A stretch of 64,000 bases of DNA from Myxococcota bacterium (GTDB taxonomy: Bacteria > Myxococcota_A > UBA9160 > UBA4427), in NCBI GenBank assembly GCA_965250285.1, contig OZ252299.1:2688001-2752000 (forward strand). The letters run 5' to 3'. The notes beneath the pieces are model-generated. The model was not told the DNA's origin and did no database searches. It saw only the letters and a list, made by a program, of their open reading frames with translations. A program made the position numbers and the translations under genes. Positions 50,193 to 60,170 of the stretch are shown here, piece after piece. Within the stretch, counting starts at the first letter, position 1. The number at the start of each line of letters is the position of its first letter.

Positions 50193-51932
50193 TCAGAGAT
50201 CCTGCAGACCCATCCCGGCGTCCTCGCCATACGGATCGTCGTAGCCGGGCGCCGCGGTCTCACCGGGCACGTCGGCCGATCCACCCGTCGAAGTCACGGG
50301 GTCGGCATCGGGTGCCACGCCGTCGGCGGTGCCCACGACGACGGCCTCGGCCGACTCGATCGCGTCGGCCTCCGCGGCACCGGCTTCCACTGCATCGAGC
50401 GCGAGTGCGTCGTTCGCATCGACATCGTCCGCTCCGACCGCATCGATCGCCACCGGCTCGGCTTCCGGTGTCGGCTCGGGCAGAGACAGTCGACCCGACT
50501 CGGCGAGTCGCGCTTCGAAGCGAAGCCCCGCCGCCGGCGCATCGAAGATCACGACCTGGAACGGGAGCTGGCCACCCGCCGGGATCGAAGCCGACTGCAG
50601 CTGCGTCGCGGCCTGCGACCGCACACGCGTGAGCACCTCGGCCGGCAGCTCGCGCAGCTGACGCTCGGACAGCACCCGACCCGCCGAAACGGCCGGCAAG
50701 TCGAGCGGTGATCCCATGCGGTCGAGCAGCGCGATCTCTAGCGGTGCCGGCATCGTGGCCGTGGCGCGAGACGGATTGCGCAGGCCCCCGGTCACGACGA
50801 GCAGGCGACCCGCGCGCGCTGTGTCGAGCCACTGGGCGCGCATGTCGACGGCTTCGAGCGAACCGACGGGCGTCACGCGCTCGCCGGCGACGAACGACTC
50901 GGCGCTGGTCCACAGACCGTTGACGATGCCGAGCGCGAAACCCACGATGACGACCGTCCAACCGACGATGCGGCCGACGCTCTCGGCCAGCAGCGCGATC
51001 CGCCCCTTCTCTGCAAACTCGGCGACCGGGCCGGGGCTCCAGACGTCCGCCGCGTCGGCTCCCGACTGGCCCGGGCCGTCGCCGATGCGGCCGAGCGTGG
51101 CGCCCTGCGTCGGCGGCTCGGCCTCGGGCATCGAGGCGCCATCGAAGAAATCCCACTTCTCCGGGTCACCGAGATCGTCGGCCTGCCCCTCGGCGGCATA
51201 GACCCCCGATGCCTCGGCGGCCTGAGCGCGAAGCTCGTCGGCGGTCTCATCCGCCTCGGGCGCAGCGATCGATTCGAGCGGGTCGTCGTCCATCAGCGAC
51301 GAGAAGTCGTCGACGCTCCCGAACGCCGAGGCGTCGCCGTCCGCGGCGTCGGTATCGAGACCCCCGGGCGGCTCTTCGTCGGCGTCGAGGTCGATCCCTT
51401 CGTCCGACGCGTCGGGCCGGAGACCGGGCGGCGTCGCGTCGACGGCCTCGTCGGCCGGCGGGGTCTCGACGGCGGCAGCCTCCGACGCCGTCTCGAGCGC
51501 CGGTGATGCGTCGGTCGCGGCGTCAGCGACCGCCTCGGGTGTCTCTCCCTCGAGGTCGAGACCCGAAGGCGCATCGCGATCGAAAGCGCTCTCGAAGAAG
51601 TCGCCATCATCCGCGGCCGCGCCATCGTCCTCCGTCGAGGGGATGTCCTGATTGAACTCCCATTCGGCGGCGTCTTCGTTGTTGATCTCGCTGCGTCGAG
51701 CGGCGCGGGGATTGGGATCGGTCTCGGCGAGATCCTCGGTCGGCGGCGGCACCGCGGCGTTCGTCACGGCCTCCTGTGCGACTTCGTCGATGGCCTCGCT
51801 CGCGCTCGCCGAAGGGTGGCCGAGATGAAAGGCGTGCTTGCAGCGGGAGCAGCGCACGCGGATGCCCTTGTTGGGGATCCGCGATTCGTCGAGCTGGAAG
51901 CTGGTGTCGCATTCGGGACAAGTGACGATCAC
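50193..51932 (-). CDS. MJ0042-type zinc-ribbon, acidic linker, TM and periplasmic DUF3426-like domain protein
   Basis: MIVTCPECDTSFQL...VRCSRCKHAF; long Asp/Glu/Ala-rich region; TM IVGWTVVIVGFALGIV; LLVVTGGLRN...LPFQVVI. Confidence 0.85.
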   Translation of the reverse strand: MIVTCPECDTSFQLDESRIPNKGIRVRCSRCKHAFHLGHPSASASEAIDEVAQEAVTNAAVPPPTEDLAETDPNPRAARRSEINNEDAAEWEFNQDIPSTEDDGAAADDGDFFESAFDRDAPSGLDLEGETPEAVADAATDASPALETASEAAAVETPPADEAVDATPPGLRPDASDEGIDLDADEEPPGGLDTDAADGDASAFGSVDDFSSLMDDDPLESIAAPEADETADELRAQAAEASGVYAAEGQADDLGDPEKWDFFDGASMPEAEPPTQGATLGRIGDGPGQSGADAADVWSPGPVAEFAEKGRIALLAESVGRIVGWTVVIVGFALGIVNGLWTSAESFVAGERVTPVGSLEAVDMRAQWLDTARAGRLLVVTGGLRNPSRATATMPAPLEIALLDRMGSPLDLPAVSAGRVLSERQLRELPAEVLTRVRSQAATQLQSASIPAGGQLPFQVVIFDAPAAGLRFEARLAESGRLSLPEPTPEAEPVAIDAVGADDVDANDALALDAVEAGAAEADAIESAEAVVVGTADGVAPDADPVTSTGGSADVPGETAAPGYDDPYGEDAGMGLQDL

Positions 51933-52248
51933 GGGTGAAGCTCTCCGGGCCTCGCGCCGACGAACGAGTTCGCGGCGGCGCTGTGCTAGCGTCGTGGGTG
52001 CGCGGGCACACGCGACCTCGACTGACGTTTCGGATTTCACCCGGCCCCGCTTGAGAATGGCCCGGCTGGTTGCGCGCAGGATCGACGGCGCCTCTCGGGG
52101 TCGATCGGCGCCGATCGGGGTCGATTCAGCGGCGCGCGGGTCAGGCGACGGGACGCGCAGGACACGGACGCGCAGAACGAAGACGAACCCGGGCCGCGAA
52201 CGACTCGCCCGGGTGGCTCGCGACTCGACTGCTCTCGGATGCATTCCG

Positions 52249-53232
52249 ATGACGTTGCAACCATCCGGCCTCGCCGATCGGCGCCTCGTCTTCGTCACGG
52301 GCAAGGGCGGGACGGGCAAGACCACCGTCGCCGCGGCGCTGGCACTCGGACTCGCCGAGCGGGGGCAGCGCGTGCTGCTCGCCGAGCTCGGTCGCGAGGC
52401 CCAGGCACCGCGCATGCTCTCGGACCGAGCACCGATCGTCGGAGCCGAGCCCGTGCGGATCGCGGGTGGACTCGACTCGATCCGCATCGATCCGTTCGCC
52501 GCCCTCGCCGAGTATCTCGAGCTGCAGGGGATCGCCGGCTCACTGCTTGCGCGTGGCCTGCGCCAGCGCGGCCTGCGCGACCTGCTGGTCGGCACGCCCG
52601 GCTGGCGTGAGCTGATCACGCTCGGAAAGCTCTGGTACATGGCGGGCGGCGATGCGCCCGACGACCCGGGCCGTCGCGACTACGACCGCATCGTGATCGA
52701 CGCGCCCGCGACCGGCCACGGGCTCACCCTGCTCGACGTGCCGCGAGTCGTGCAGTCGGCGGTGCGCAGCGGACCGCTCGCGCACAACGCAGCGCGGGTC
52801 GAAACGATGCTCCTCGACGCGAAGCAGACGGTGCTGCTCCCGGTGTGCTGGCCCGAGGCCCTGCCGGTGCAGGAGACGATCGAGCTCGTCGATCGCATCG
52901 AGCGGGGCATCGGCATTCACGTCGACCGCGTCGTCGTGAACGGCGTCGCCACGCCGAGCCCGGTCGATCCATGGCCCGACCTGGCCGACACCCTCGCCGG
53001 GCTCGAGCCGAACCCACCGTGCAAACCGGCAGCGAGCACGCTGGCGGGCTGCGTGCGCTGGGCGCAGAACCGCTCGGCCGCCCAGCGCGCCGCGCTCGAC
53101 GACCTCGCCGCGCGGCTCGACAAGCCGCACGTCGCCCTGCCCCAGTGGCCCGATGCGGCCGGACCGGGCGAGGCCCCCGATCTCGATCGCTTGCGCGCCT
53201 TCGCGGAGCGTCTGCTCGGGGGCGACGCATGA
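52249..53232 (+). CDS. ArsA/GET3-family ATPase, subunit 1
   Basis: FVTGKGGTGKTT, PGWRELITLGK, IDAPATGHG, EALPVQET. Confidence 0.9.
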   Translation: MTLQPSGLADRRLVFVTGKGGTGKTTVAAALALGLAERGQRVLLAELGREAQAPRMLSDRAPIVGAEPVRIAGGLDSIRIDPFAALAEYLELQGIAGSLLARGLRQRGLRDLLVGTPGWRELITLGKLWYMAGGDAPDDPGRRDYDRIVIDAPATGHGLTLLDVPRVVQSAVRSGPLAHNAARVETMLLDAKQTVLLPVCWPEALPVQETIELVDRIERGIGIHVDRVVVNGVATPSPVDPWPDLADTLAGLEPNPPCKPAASTLAGCVRWAQNRSAAQRAALDDLAARLDKPHVALPQWPDAAGPGEAPDLDRLRAFAERLLGGDA

Positions 53233-54428
53233 ATGCCGTTTCGCTCCCGCGATTGCTCGACGAGCGCCGCATCATCGTATGCGTCGGCACCGGCGGCGTC
53301 GGCAAGACGACCGTGTCGTCGGCGATCGCGATCGCCGCCGCGAAGCGGGGCCGGCGCGCGCTGGTGCTCACGATCGACCCGGCTCGTCGACTCGCCGATG
53401 CACTCGGGCTCGATGCGCTCGGCGCCGAGCCAGAACGCATCGCCACCGCACGCGAGCGCGCCTATGGCATCGAGGGCGAAGGCGCGCTGTCGGCGATGAT
53501 GCTCGACATGAAGGGCACGTTCGATCAGCTGATCGAGCGTCTCTGCCCCGACCTCGAGACGCGTCGTCGGATCCTCGAGAACCCGCTCTACCAGCACATC
53601 TCGGACGCGCTCGCCGGCAGCGTCGAGTACGCGGCCATGGAGAAGGTGCACGAGCTCGCCCAGAGCGACGCGTTCGATCTGATCGTCGTTGATACGCCTC
53701 CGGCGCAACACGCCCTCGACTTCCTCGATGCGCCCGAGCGACTCGTCACGCTGCTCGACAGCTCGCTCGTGCGGCTGCTGGTCCAGCCGGCGTTCTCGGC
53801 CGGCCGATTCGGCCTGCGCTTCTTCTCGAGCGCGGCCGAGCGCACGCTCGGGCTCGTCGCGCGGCTGTCCGGCGTATCTCTGCTCAAGGAGATCAGCGAG
53901 CTGCTGCTTTCGATCGACTCGCTGTCGGAGGGCTTCAAGGATCGCGCCCGCGCCGTACAGGGCCTGCTTCGCAGCCCGGGCACCGCGTTCCTGCTCGTGG
54001 CCAGCCCGTCCCCGGCGACCGCATCCCAGGCGTTCGAGCTGATCGACGGCCTCGAGCGATCGGGCATCGACCTCGCGGGCATCGTCGTCAATCGGGTGCA
54101 CGCGCCGCTCGGGCCCGCCGGCGACAGCGACGCATCCGCTGATGCCCTCGTCGACGTCGAGGCGGACGCGCCCGCGTGGGCCGAGCACTTGCGCGCGAAC
54201 GGTGTCGAGCGGCCCGAGGCCGCGGCGCGCGCGGCGCTCGACGTCACCCAGGAGTACGCTCTGCAAATGGAGGCCGATCGACGCCAGACCGAAGCGATTC
54301 GTCGCGCTTCGACACGCACGGAACGGGCCGTCACGACGCTGCCCGCGGTGTTCGACCGCGGCGACGAGGCAGCGGCGCTGCGCACGCTCGCGACGCGCCT
54401 GGTGCCGCCTTCGATGGAGGATGCGTGA
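53229..54428 (+). CDS. ArsA/GET3-family ATPase, subunit 2
   Basis: CVGTGGVGKTT, TIDPARRLADALG, EYAAMEK, VDTPPAQHALDFLDAP; ATGA overlap. Confidence 0.92.
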   Translation: MNAVSLPRLLDERRIIVCVGTGGVGKTTVSSAIAIAAAKRGRRALVLTIDPARRLADALGLDALGAEPERIATARERAYGIEGEGALSAMMLDMKGTFDQLIERLCPDLETRRRILENPLYQHISDALAGSVEYAAMEKVHELAQSDAFDLIVVDTPPAQHALDFLDAPERLVTLLDSSLVRLLVQPAFSAGRFGLRFFSSAAERTLGLVARLSGVSLLKEISELLLSIDSLSEGFKDRARAVQGLLRSPGTAFLLVASPSPATASQAFELIDGLERSGIDLAGIVVNRVHAPLGPAGDSDASADALVDVEADAPAWAEHLRANGVERPEAAARAALDVTQEYALQMEADRRQTEAIRRASTRTERAVTTLPAVFDRGDEAAALRTLATRLVPPSMEDA

Positions 54429-55057
54429 TGTCGAAGGCCCGTGACGCCGACGCACGCCGCGGCGAAGCGCGTTCCGAAGCGCGGCCGCAGAGCGTCGAAG
54501 AAGCACTCGCGCTTGCGCTGCGACATGGCCGCAACGCCATCGCCGAGGCGATTCTCGCCGGCCGCGCCCTGCTCGACGCCGCGGCCCTCGGACTGACCGG
54601 GCACCCGGTCACGAGCGAAGGCGACGCCGCCCCCGCCAACGACGCGGTGCGGGCGCTCGCGCGGGCGGTCGAAGGCCTCGAAACGCTGGCGACCCGGCTC
54701 CGCGCCGACGACCCGGAGGCGACGCAACGGCTCGTCGACGCGCTGCTCGCCGCCCTCGAGACCGAGATCGAACGGTGGGAGGGGCGCGCCCACAGCGACC
54801 CCGATGCGCGCGCGGTCCTGCGCGCGTTTCTCGGCCTGCGCGAGCTGCTGTGGGAGCTGGGCCTGCGTCCGCGCCCGAAGCGCGACGCGAGCGACCAGGC
54901 AGCGGCCGGCCCCTCGAAGCGCGAGGCGGCCGCCGCGTCGACGCCGCCCCGCACTCGGGCGAGATCGACGCGCGCCGAGCCGAAGCGAGCACAGTCGCCT
55001 GCGTCGAAGTCACCGCGGCGCGGGCAACGCGTACAGCGCGTCGACATCGAACCTTGA
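54428..55057 (+). CDS. Hypothetical helical protein with basic Ala/Arg/Pro-rich tail
   Basis: TGATG coupling to ArsA-2; DPDARAVLRAFLGLRELLWELG; ends RVQRVDIEP. Confidence 0.75.
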   Translation: MSKARDADARRGEARSEARPQSVEEALALALRHGRNAIAEAILAGRALLDAAALGLTGHPVTSEGDAAPANDAVRALARAVEGLETLATRLRADDPEATQRLVDALLAALETEIERWEGRAHSDPDARAVLRAFLGLRELLWELGLRPRPKRDASDQAAAGPSKREAAAASTPPRTRARSTRAEPKRAQSPASKSPRRGQRVQRVDIEP

Positions 55058-55231
55058 GTGACAGCCTGACCGCAATTGGACGTCGGCGGGCGTAGGCGCC
55101 GCCCGTCGGGGCTGCGCCCGATCGAGCGCGCGTGCTAGCTTGCGCGCCGTCTGCTGCGGTCATGAATCCGCACCGAATGGCGATGCGTTCGAGACGTCCC
55201 GTCTTTCGAAGCCATCGCAGAGGGCGCGACG

Positions 55232-55825
55232 ATGGCCATCCTGATCAAGCGCTACGCGAATCGCAAGCTCTACAACACGGCGACGAGCCGGTATATCACG
55301 CTCAAGGGCATCGCCGAACTGCTCGATGCCGGCGAAGAAGTGCAGGTCGTCGACAACGAGACGGGCGAGGACATCACCTCGGTCGCGCTCTCGCAGATCC
55401 TCGTCGACAGCGAGCGTTCGAACAAACAGCCCTCCGACACCCTGCTCTCTCAGATCCTCGGTCGCGGCGGCGATGTGCTCTACGGCGCGCTCAAGCGCGG
55501 CGTCGACGACGCGGCGGAAGGCATCGACGAGGTGCGGGACCGCGTGCGCAAGGCGATGCAGCGTGAAGGCGTGGGCGAAGGCGGCCCCTTCGGCGATTGG
55601 CTGGGCGTCAGCCGCGCCGACTTCGAGAAGATGCTGCAGTCGTCGATGGAGCGCGTCTTCCAGGTGCTCGACCTGCCGCGTCGTTCCGATCTCGATGCGC
55701 TGAATCAGAATCTCGAGCGCGTCGCCAAGGCGGTCGAAAAGCTCGAGCAGGTGTATGGCGAGCAGCGACGTCGCACAGACGGCGACGTCGGCTCGACCGG
55801 CCCCACGAGCGAACACGCCGAGTAG
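55232..55825 (+). CDS. PhaR-type PHA synthesis regulator DNA-binding domain with phasin-like C-terminus
   Basis: IKRYANRKLYNTATSRYITL...VVDNETGEDIT; C-terminal LDLPRRSDLDALNQNLERV. Confidence 0.85.
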   Translation: MAILIKRYANRKLYNTATSRYITLKGIAELLDAGEEVQVVDNETGEDITSVALSQILVDSERSNKQPSDTLLSQILGRGGDVLYGALKRGVDDAAEGIDEVRDRVRKAMQREGVGEGGPFGDWLGVSRADFEKMLQSSMERVFQVLDLPRRSDLDALNQNLERVAKAVEKLEQVYGEQRRRTDGDVGSTGPTSEHAE

Positions 55826-55906
55826 CCCGCTGGCTCACCCAGCTGCGGCCGCGGTGCGGGCGCGAGGCCTCGCGCGGGCGTCGTTTCTCGGCGCCCCCTT
55901 GCAGGC

Positions 55907-56956
55907 TCAGCTCCAGACTGAATCGCGGCGCCGTAGCCCTTCGTCGACGAGCTCCTGGATCTGCTCACGCACCGTTTCGTTCAGTCGAGACAGCAAGAGT
56001 GGATCGCAGCGGTCGCCGCCGTCTTCGAGGTTCGTCGGCTCGCCGAAGTTCACGACCCACTTGGTCGGCAGCGGCAGGGCCCCGAGCGGGCCCGCGAGCG
56101 GGAACGTCGGGGTGACGGGGAGAAAGGGCAGACCGAAGAGCCGCGCCGGCAGACGCGACTTGAAGAGAATCGGGTGCGCCTCCTCCGGGCCGACCAGCCC
56201 GACGGGCACGAGCGGCACGCCGTTCTCGATCGCGGCGCGAACCGCCCCCCCGCGACCGAAGCGCTGCATCTGATACCGGAGCCGAAAGACCTTCGCGGCC
56301 CCCTTCTCGCCTTCGGGAAAAGCGATCACCGAGTGCCCACTGCGCAGCAGCCCGTCGGCATTCTCGCGGCAGGCCCGCAGGCCGCCCCAGCGCGCCAGCG
56401 TCGACTGCACGAAGGGCAGCGTGATCAGCCAATCGGCGACGAGGAAGCGAGGACGCGAGAAGCCGGCGCGCTCGAGCAGCCGAGTCAACACGATGCCGTC
56501 ATAGGGCAACAGCCCGGAACGGTTCGCAACGAAGAGACACGGCTGGTCGCGCGGCACGTGCTCGAGACCGTGGACGTCGACGCGCCAGTAGCGGTCGATG
56601 AGGAAGTCGACGAGGGGCTCGAGTGCGGCCACGGCGTCGGGCTCGAATCCGTAGTCGTCGACCTCGCCGGTCTGCTCGCGAATGCCGATCGTCTGGGCGC
56701 GGCGACGCAGCTCGTCGAAGAGGGCCAGCAGATCGATCCCGTCCTCCGCGGCCGCGACGCGGCGCGCGTCCTCGGGATGGAGCCGCGTGCGGATCTCGAC
56801 ACGCAGTTCGTCGAGCGCCTCCTTCAATGCTTCGATCGACTCGCGTTCCGCCAACTCGAGCGGATCGAGCGTCTCGCGATCGGCCACCGGCAGCGGCACG
56901 ACGTTCGACGCCGCCGCACCTCCGTCCCGTTCGTCTCGGTCGCCGCGATCGCTCAT
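55907..56956 (-). CDS. Lysophospholipid/diacylglycerol acyltransferase-family protein (catalytic His replaced)
   Basis: VDDYGFEP, YWRVDVHGLEHVP, ANRSGLLPYDG, FPEG, FGRGG, VPVGLVG. Confidence 0.85.
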   Translation of the reverse strand: MSDRGDRDERDGGAAASNVVPLPVADRETLDPLELAERESIEALKEALDELRVEIRTRLHPEDARRVAAAEDGIDLLALFDELRRRAQTIGIREQTGEVDDYGFEPDAVAALEPLVDFLIDRYWRVDVHGLEHVPRDQPCLFVANRSGLLPYDGIVLTRLLERAGFSRPRFLVADWLITLPFVQSTLARWGGLRACRENADGLLRSGHSVIAFPEGEKGAAKVFRLRYQMQRFGRGGAVRAAIENGVPLVPVGLVGPEEAHPILFKSRLPARLFGLPFLPVTPTFPLAGPLGALPLPTKWVVNFGEPTNLEDGGDRCDPLLLSRLNETVREQIQELVDEGLRRRDSVWS

Positions 56957-56987
56957 CGCACCGTCCCTCTCGATCGATGCGCCCCCG

Positions 56988-57956
56988 TCATGCGTACTGC
57001 CGCATGCGGGCGGCGCCGGTGAACGCGGTCCACGCCTCTCGGGTCGTGTACGTCGGTACGCCGAACTCGTCCCACGCGCGCTGGCCGTCCGCCACCCAGA
57101 GGTAACGCAGGTAGTCGAAGAACCCGGCGGGACCGTCGCCGCGCATGCCGCGGCTCGGATAGTCCGCCAGGCGATACAGCAGCCCCGGTGGCAGCTGGAG
57201 CCGGCGCTTTCCGGCCAGCGAGAGGATCGTCGAGAGCGGCAGCACGCCCGGACCGACGACGTTGAAGACACCATGCGCCTCGCCGAGCACCGCGCGCTCG
57301 AACACGTCGAGCAGGTCGAACTCGTGGATGAACTGCATCAGCGGATCGCCGCCGAGCACGACCGGCACGACTTGATTCTCGAAGTACTCGACGACATGGT
57401 CGCGATACGAGGGCCCCATCACCCAGCAGTGTCGGAGCACGCAGACCCGCTCCTCGCCATGATCGCGCGCAAAGCTCGCAATCATCTCCTCGACCTCGCG
57501 TCGGTTCTCGACCGAGTGCGCATCGGGATGACCTCGCAGCGGTGCGTCCTCTCCCAGATAGTTGGGATTGTCGGGCGCGGGGCCGTAGACCATCGTCGAC
57601 GACTGCACGACGACACGAGGTACGCCGGCGGCGGCGATCGCGTTCAGTAGATGATGCGTGCCGACTGCCTCGAGGTCGTGGCTCGCCTCGACATCGGGCT
57701 TCGGGGACTGCTCGAACGCCAGATGCACGACGACGTCGACGCCCTCGGCTCGGAGCACTTCGGCCAGCTCGGCGTCGGCGACGGGATGCGTCAGATCGAT
57801 CGGATGGAAGGCGATGCGACCCGCGAGACGCAGCGGCCGTTCGACGTCGAGGCCGACGATGCGCGGCGGGTCGGAGCGAGCGAGCAGCCGCTCGGCGAGG
57901 CTCTCGCCCATGAAGGTGTCGAGCCCGGTCAGCGCGACACAGCGCGGTGATGCCAT
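56988..57956 (-). CDS. NAD-dependent epimerase/dehydratase-like extended SDR (degenerate motifs)
   Basis: VALTGLDTFMG, VVHLA, SSTMVYGPAPDNPNYL, GDPLMQFIH, FNVVGPG. Confidence 0.85.
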   Translation of the reverse strand: MASPRCVALTGLDTFMGESLAERLLARSDPPRIVGLDVERPLRLAGRIAFHPIDLTHPVADAELAEVLRAEGVDVVVHLAFEQSPKPDVEASHDLEAVGTHHLLNAIAAAGVPRVVVQSSTMVYGPAPDNPNYLGEDAPLRGHPDAHSVENRREVEEMIASFARDHGEERVCVLRHCWVMGPSYRDHVVEYFENQVVPVVLGGDPLMQFIHEFDLLDVFERAVLGEAHGVFNVVGPGVLPLSTILSLAGKRRLQLPPGLLYRLADYPSRGMRGDGPAGFFDYLRYLWVADGQRAWDEFGVPTYTTREAWTAFTGAARMRQYA

Positions 57957-58100
57957 CGGGGGCCTCCGGCACGCAGGAGCGCGTACGCCGTCCCATGATC
58001 GCAGCTCACGCGGCACCGCGCAGCCGTGAGGGCCCGGGCGCATCCGACGAATCGACCCCGCGCGTTCAGGATCGGCCCGCACGGGCGGTATCCTCCCGAC

Positions 58101-59168
58101 ATGCCTCCGACCGAATTCGACGCGCCGCTCCTCGTCATCGAAGATCCCACCTTCCTCGAGCACCTCGGTCCCGACGGCCATCCGGAGCGCCCGGCCCGGC
58201 TCGAGGCGGTCGGCCAGGCGATCGCCGGCTTCGAAGATCAGATCGCGCGGCTCGCGCCGCGGGCGGCCGACGAATCCGAGCTGCTCGCGATCCACGATCG
58301 CCCCCACCTGCAGCGCATCGACGCGGCCGTGGCCCAGGCCCCTGCCCGGCTCGACGCCGATACCTTCGTCAGCGCGCGCAGCGCCGAGGTCGCGAAGCTC
58401 GCAGCCGGCTCGGCGATCGACCTGGCGCTGGCGTCGAGCCGAGCGGGGGCCGGCGTCGGCATCGCCGCCGTCCGCCCGCCAGGTCACCACGCCGAGGGCG
58501 ACCAGGCGATGGGGTTCTGCCTCTACAACAACGTCGCGGTCGCGGCGCGCGCCCTGCAGCGGACCGCCGGGCTCGAGAAGATCCTGATCCTCGACTGGGA
58601 CGTGCACCACGGCAACGGCACTCAGCACTCCTTCGACGACGACCCGAGCGTCCTCTACTTCTCGACGCACCAGTTCCCGTACTACCCCGGGACGGGCGAC
58701 GTCCACGAAGCCGGTCGCGGCGCCGGCCTGGGCACCACCGTGAACGTGCCGATGCCCGCGGGCTGCGGCGATGCGGAGTACATCGGCGTGATGCAGCGCG
58801 TGCTCGTCCCGGTGGCGCGCTCGTTCGACCCCGACATGATCCTCGTGTCGTGCGGCTTCGACGCTCACGTCGACGATCCGCTCGCGTCGATGGACGTCAC
58901 CGCTCAGGGCTACTTCGAGATGACCCACATCGTGCGCGCCCTGGCCGACGAGCTCTGCGGCGGACGACTGTGCTTCGTGCTCGAAGGCGGCTACGCGCTC
59001 ACGGGACTGGCCGCCGGCACCACCGCCACGCTGGGCGCCCTCACGCGCGCCGAGTCCGGGCCCGCGCTCGCGCCGATCGAGCTCGAGCCGGGCAGCCTGC
59101 TGAAGGGCATCGTCGATCGCGTAGCGAGCGTGCACGCATCGACGCACTCGGGCATCGGCATCGCCTGA
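58101..59168 (+). CDS. Histone deacetylase-family (AcuC/APAH-like) Zn-dependent deacetylase
   Basis: HPERPARL, RPPGHHA, GFCLYNN, DWDVHHGNGTQ, GFDAH, LEGGY. Confidence 0.95.
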   Translation: MPPTEFDAPLLVIEDPTFLEHLGPDGHPERPARLEAVGQAIAGFEDQIARLAPRAADESELLAIHDRPHLQRIDAAVAQAPARLDADTFVSARSAEVAKLAAGSAIDLALASSRAGAGVGIAAVRPPGHHAEGDQAMGFCLYNNVAVAARALQRTAGLEKILILDWDVHHGNGTQHSFDDDPSVLYFSTHQFPYYPGTGDVHEAGRGAGLGTTVNVPMPAGCGDAEYIGVMQRVLVPVARSFDPDMILVSCGFDAHVDDPLASMDVTAQGYFEMTHIVRALADELCGGRLCFVLEGGYALTGLAAGTTATLGALTRAESGPALAPIELEPGSLLKGIVDRVASVHASTHSGIGIA

Positions 59169-59492
59169 TCGAGGGCTCACCCCCACGCCAAGATCAAAAC
59201 TCTACGCAGTGCAGTGACGGGTTCCCCGAGCTTGGGATCTCATCCCACCGCATGGGCCACCGCCCCACCCTTCTCTATTCACAGGCCGTCGGTCGATCGC
59301 AATGGGCTGCGCTCTTTCGCAGAAGGCCGCGAGAGGCGCCGTCGGGGCCTTCCACGAGTGTTTCACGAATCAGTCACAGTCATTGCACAACATCGTTTTA
59401 CCCATGAGCCCGTTCGATCGCGCGCCCTTCCACGACGCGATTGCGACAATGGAGCGACCGACTTGATTCGTTCGGGGCTTTTTTCGAGGCGC

Positions 59493-59549
59493 GTGGCAAA
59501 AAGTGGTACGCCAGACTATGCAAGTGGGATGAAGTGGTATAGGGTGGGA
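59493..59549 (+). promoter_or_regulatory. MraZ-type operator: GTGG direct repeats with 10-bp period
   Basis: GTGG at 59493, 59503, 59524, 59534 and 59544, upstream of mraZ. Confidence 0.7.
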
Positions 59550-59705
59550 TCGTTGTCGAACGGAGCCCACGCGAAACCACCGGGCACGAAGGCAACAGGG
59601 GGCGAGCCGAGCGGCGCAGCAGCGCAACCGAAGGCTCGTATGAGGTTGGGGTCAGCTCGAGACAGTGCGGGGTGAGCGGCCGGTCAGACGGAGCGAGAGA
59701 GCGAC

Positions 59706-60155
59706 ATGTTCCGCGGCCGCCACGAGCACTCGATCGACGCAAAGGGACGCATGAGCATCCCGTCGGGGTTCCGGGTGGAAATCCAGAGGCGAAGCGAAAA
59801 GCCCCCGATCCTGACCAACTACCAGGATCACCTCGCACTTCATCCCGCAGACGAGTGGGACAAGGTCGAAGAAGGACTCCTCGAGATGCGCGAGCTGCGG
59901 CCGGAAGTTCAGAACTACCGCCGCTTCATCGTCTCCGGCGCAGTCGAGTGCCCCATCGATAATCAAGGCCGCATCCTCATCCCGGCTTATCTCCGGGAGC
60001 ATGCGGGACTCAAGAACAAGGCGACGGTCGCCGGCGTCCTCGATCGCATCGAGCTCTGGGAGCCGACCCGTTTCGCTGAGAATCACCAGCTCACGCTGCA
60101 CCGACTGCCGGAGATCCAGCTGTCGGTGGATCAGGCCCACGAGCAGAAGGCTTAG
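59706..60155 (+). CDS. mraZ: Division/cell wall cluster transcriptional repressor MraZ
   Basis: MFRGRHEHSIDAKGRMSIP, IDNQGRILIP, RIELW. Confidence 0.96.
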   Translation: MFRGRHEHSIDAKGRMSIPSGFRVEIQRRSEKPPILTNYQDHLALHPADEWDKVEEGLLEMRELRPEVQNYRRFIVSGAVECPIDNQGRILIPAYLREHAGLKNKATVAGVLDRIELWEPTRFAENHQLTLHRLPEIQLSVDQAHEQKA

Positions 60156-60170
60156 GGCCGAGGGTTAATG

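Noticed and set aside
52249..54428. Arsenic resistance operon
   Set aside because: No arsB/acr3, arsC, arsD or arsR nearby; the context is lipid or storage related.
56988..59186. 732-aa SDR fusion
   Set aside because: The extension is antisense to the HDAC gene; the SDR starts at 57956.
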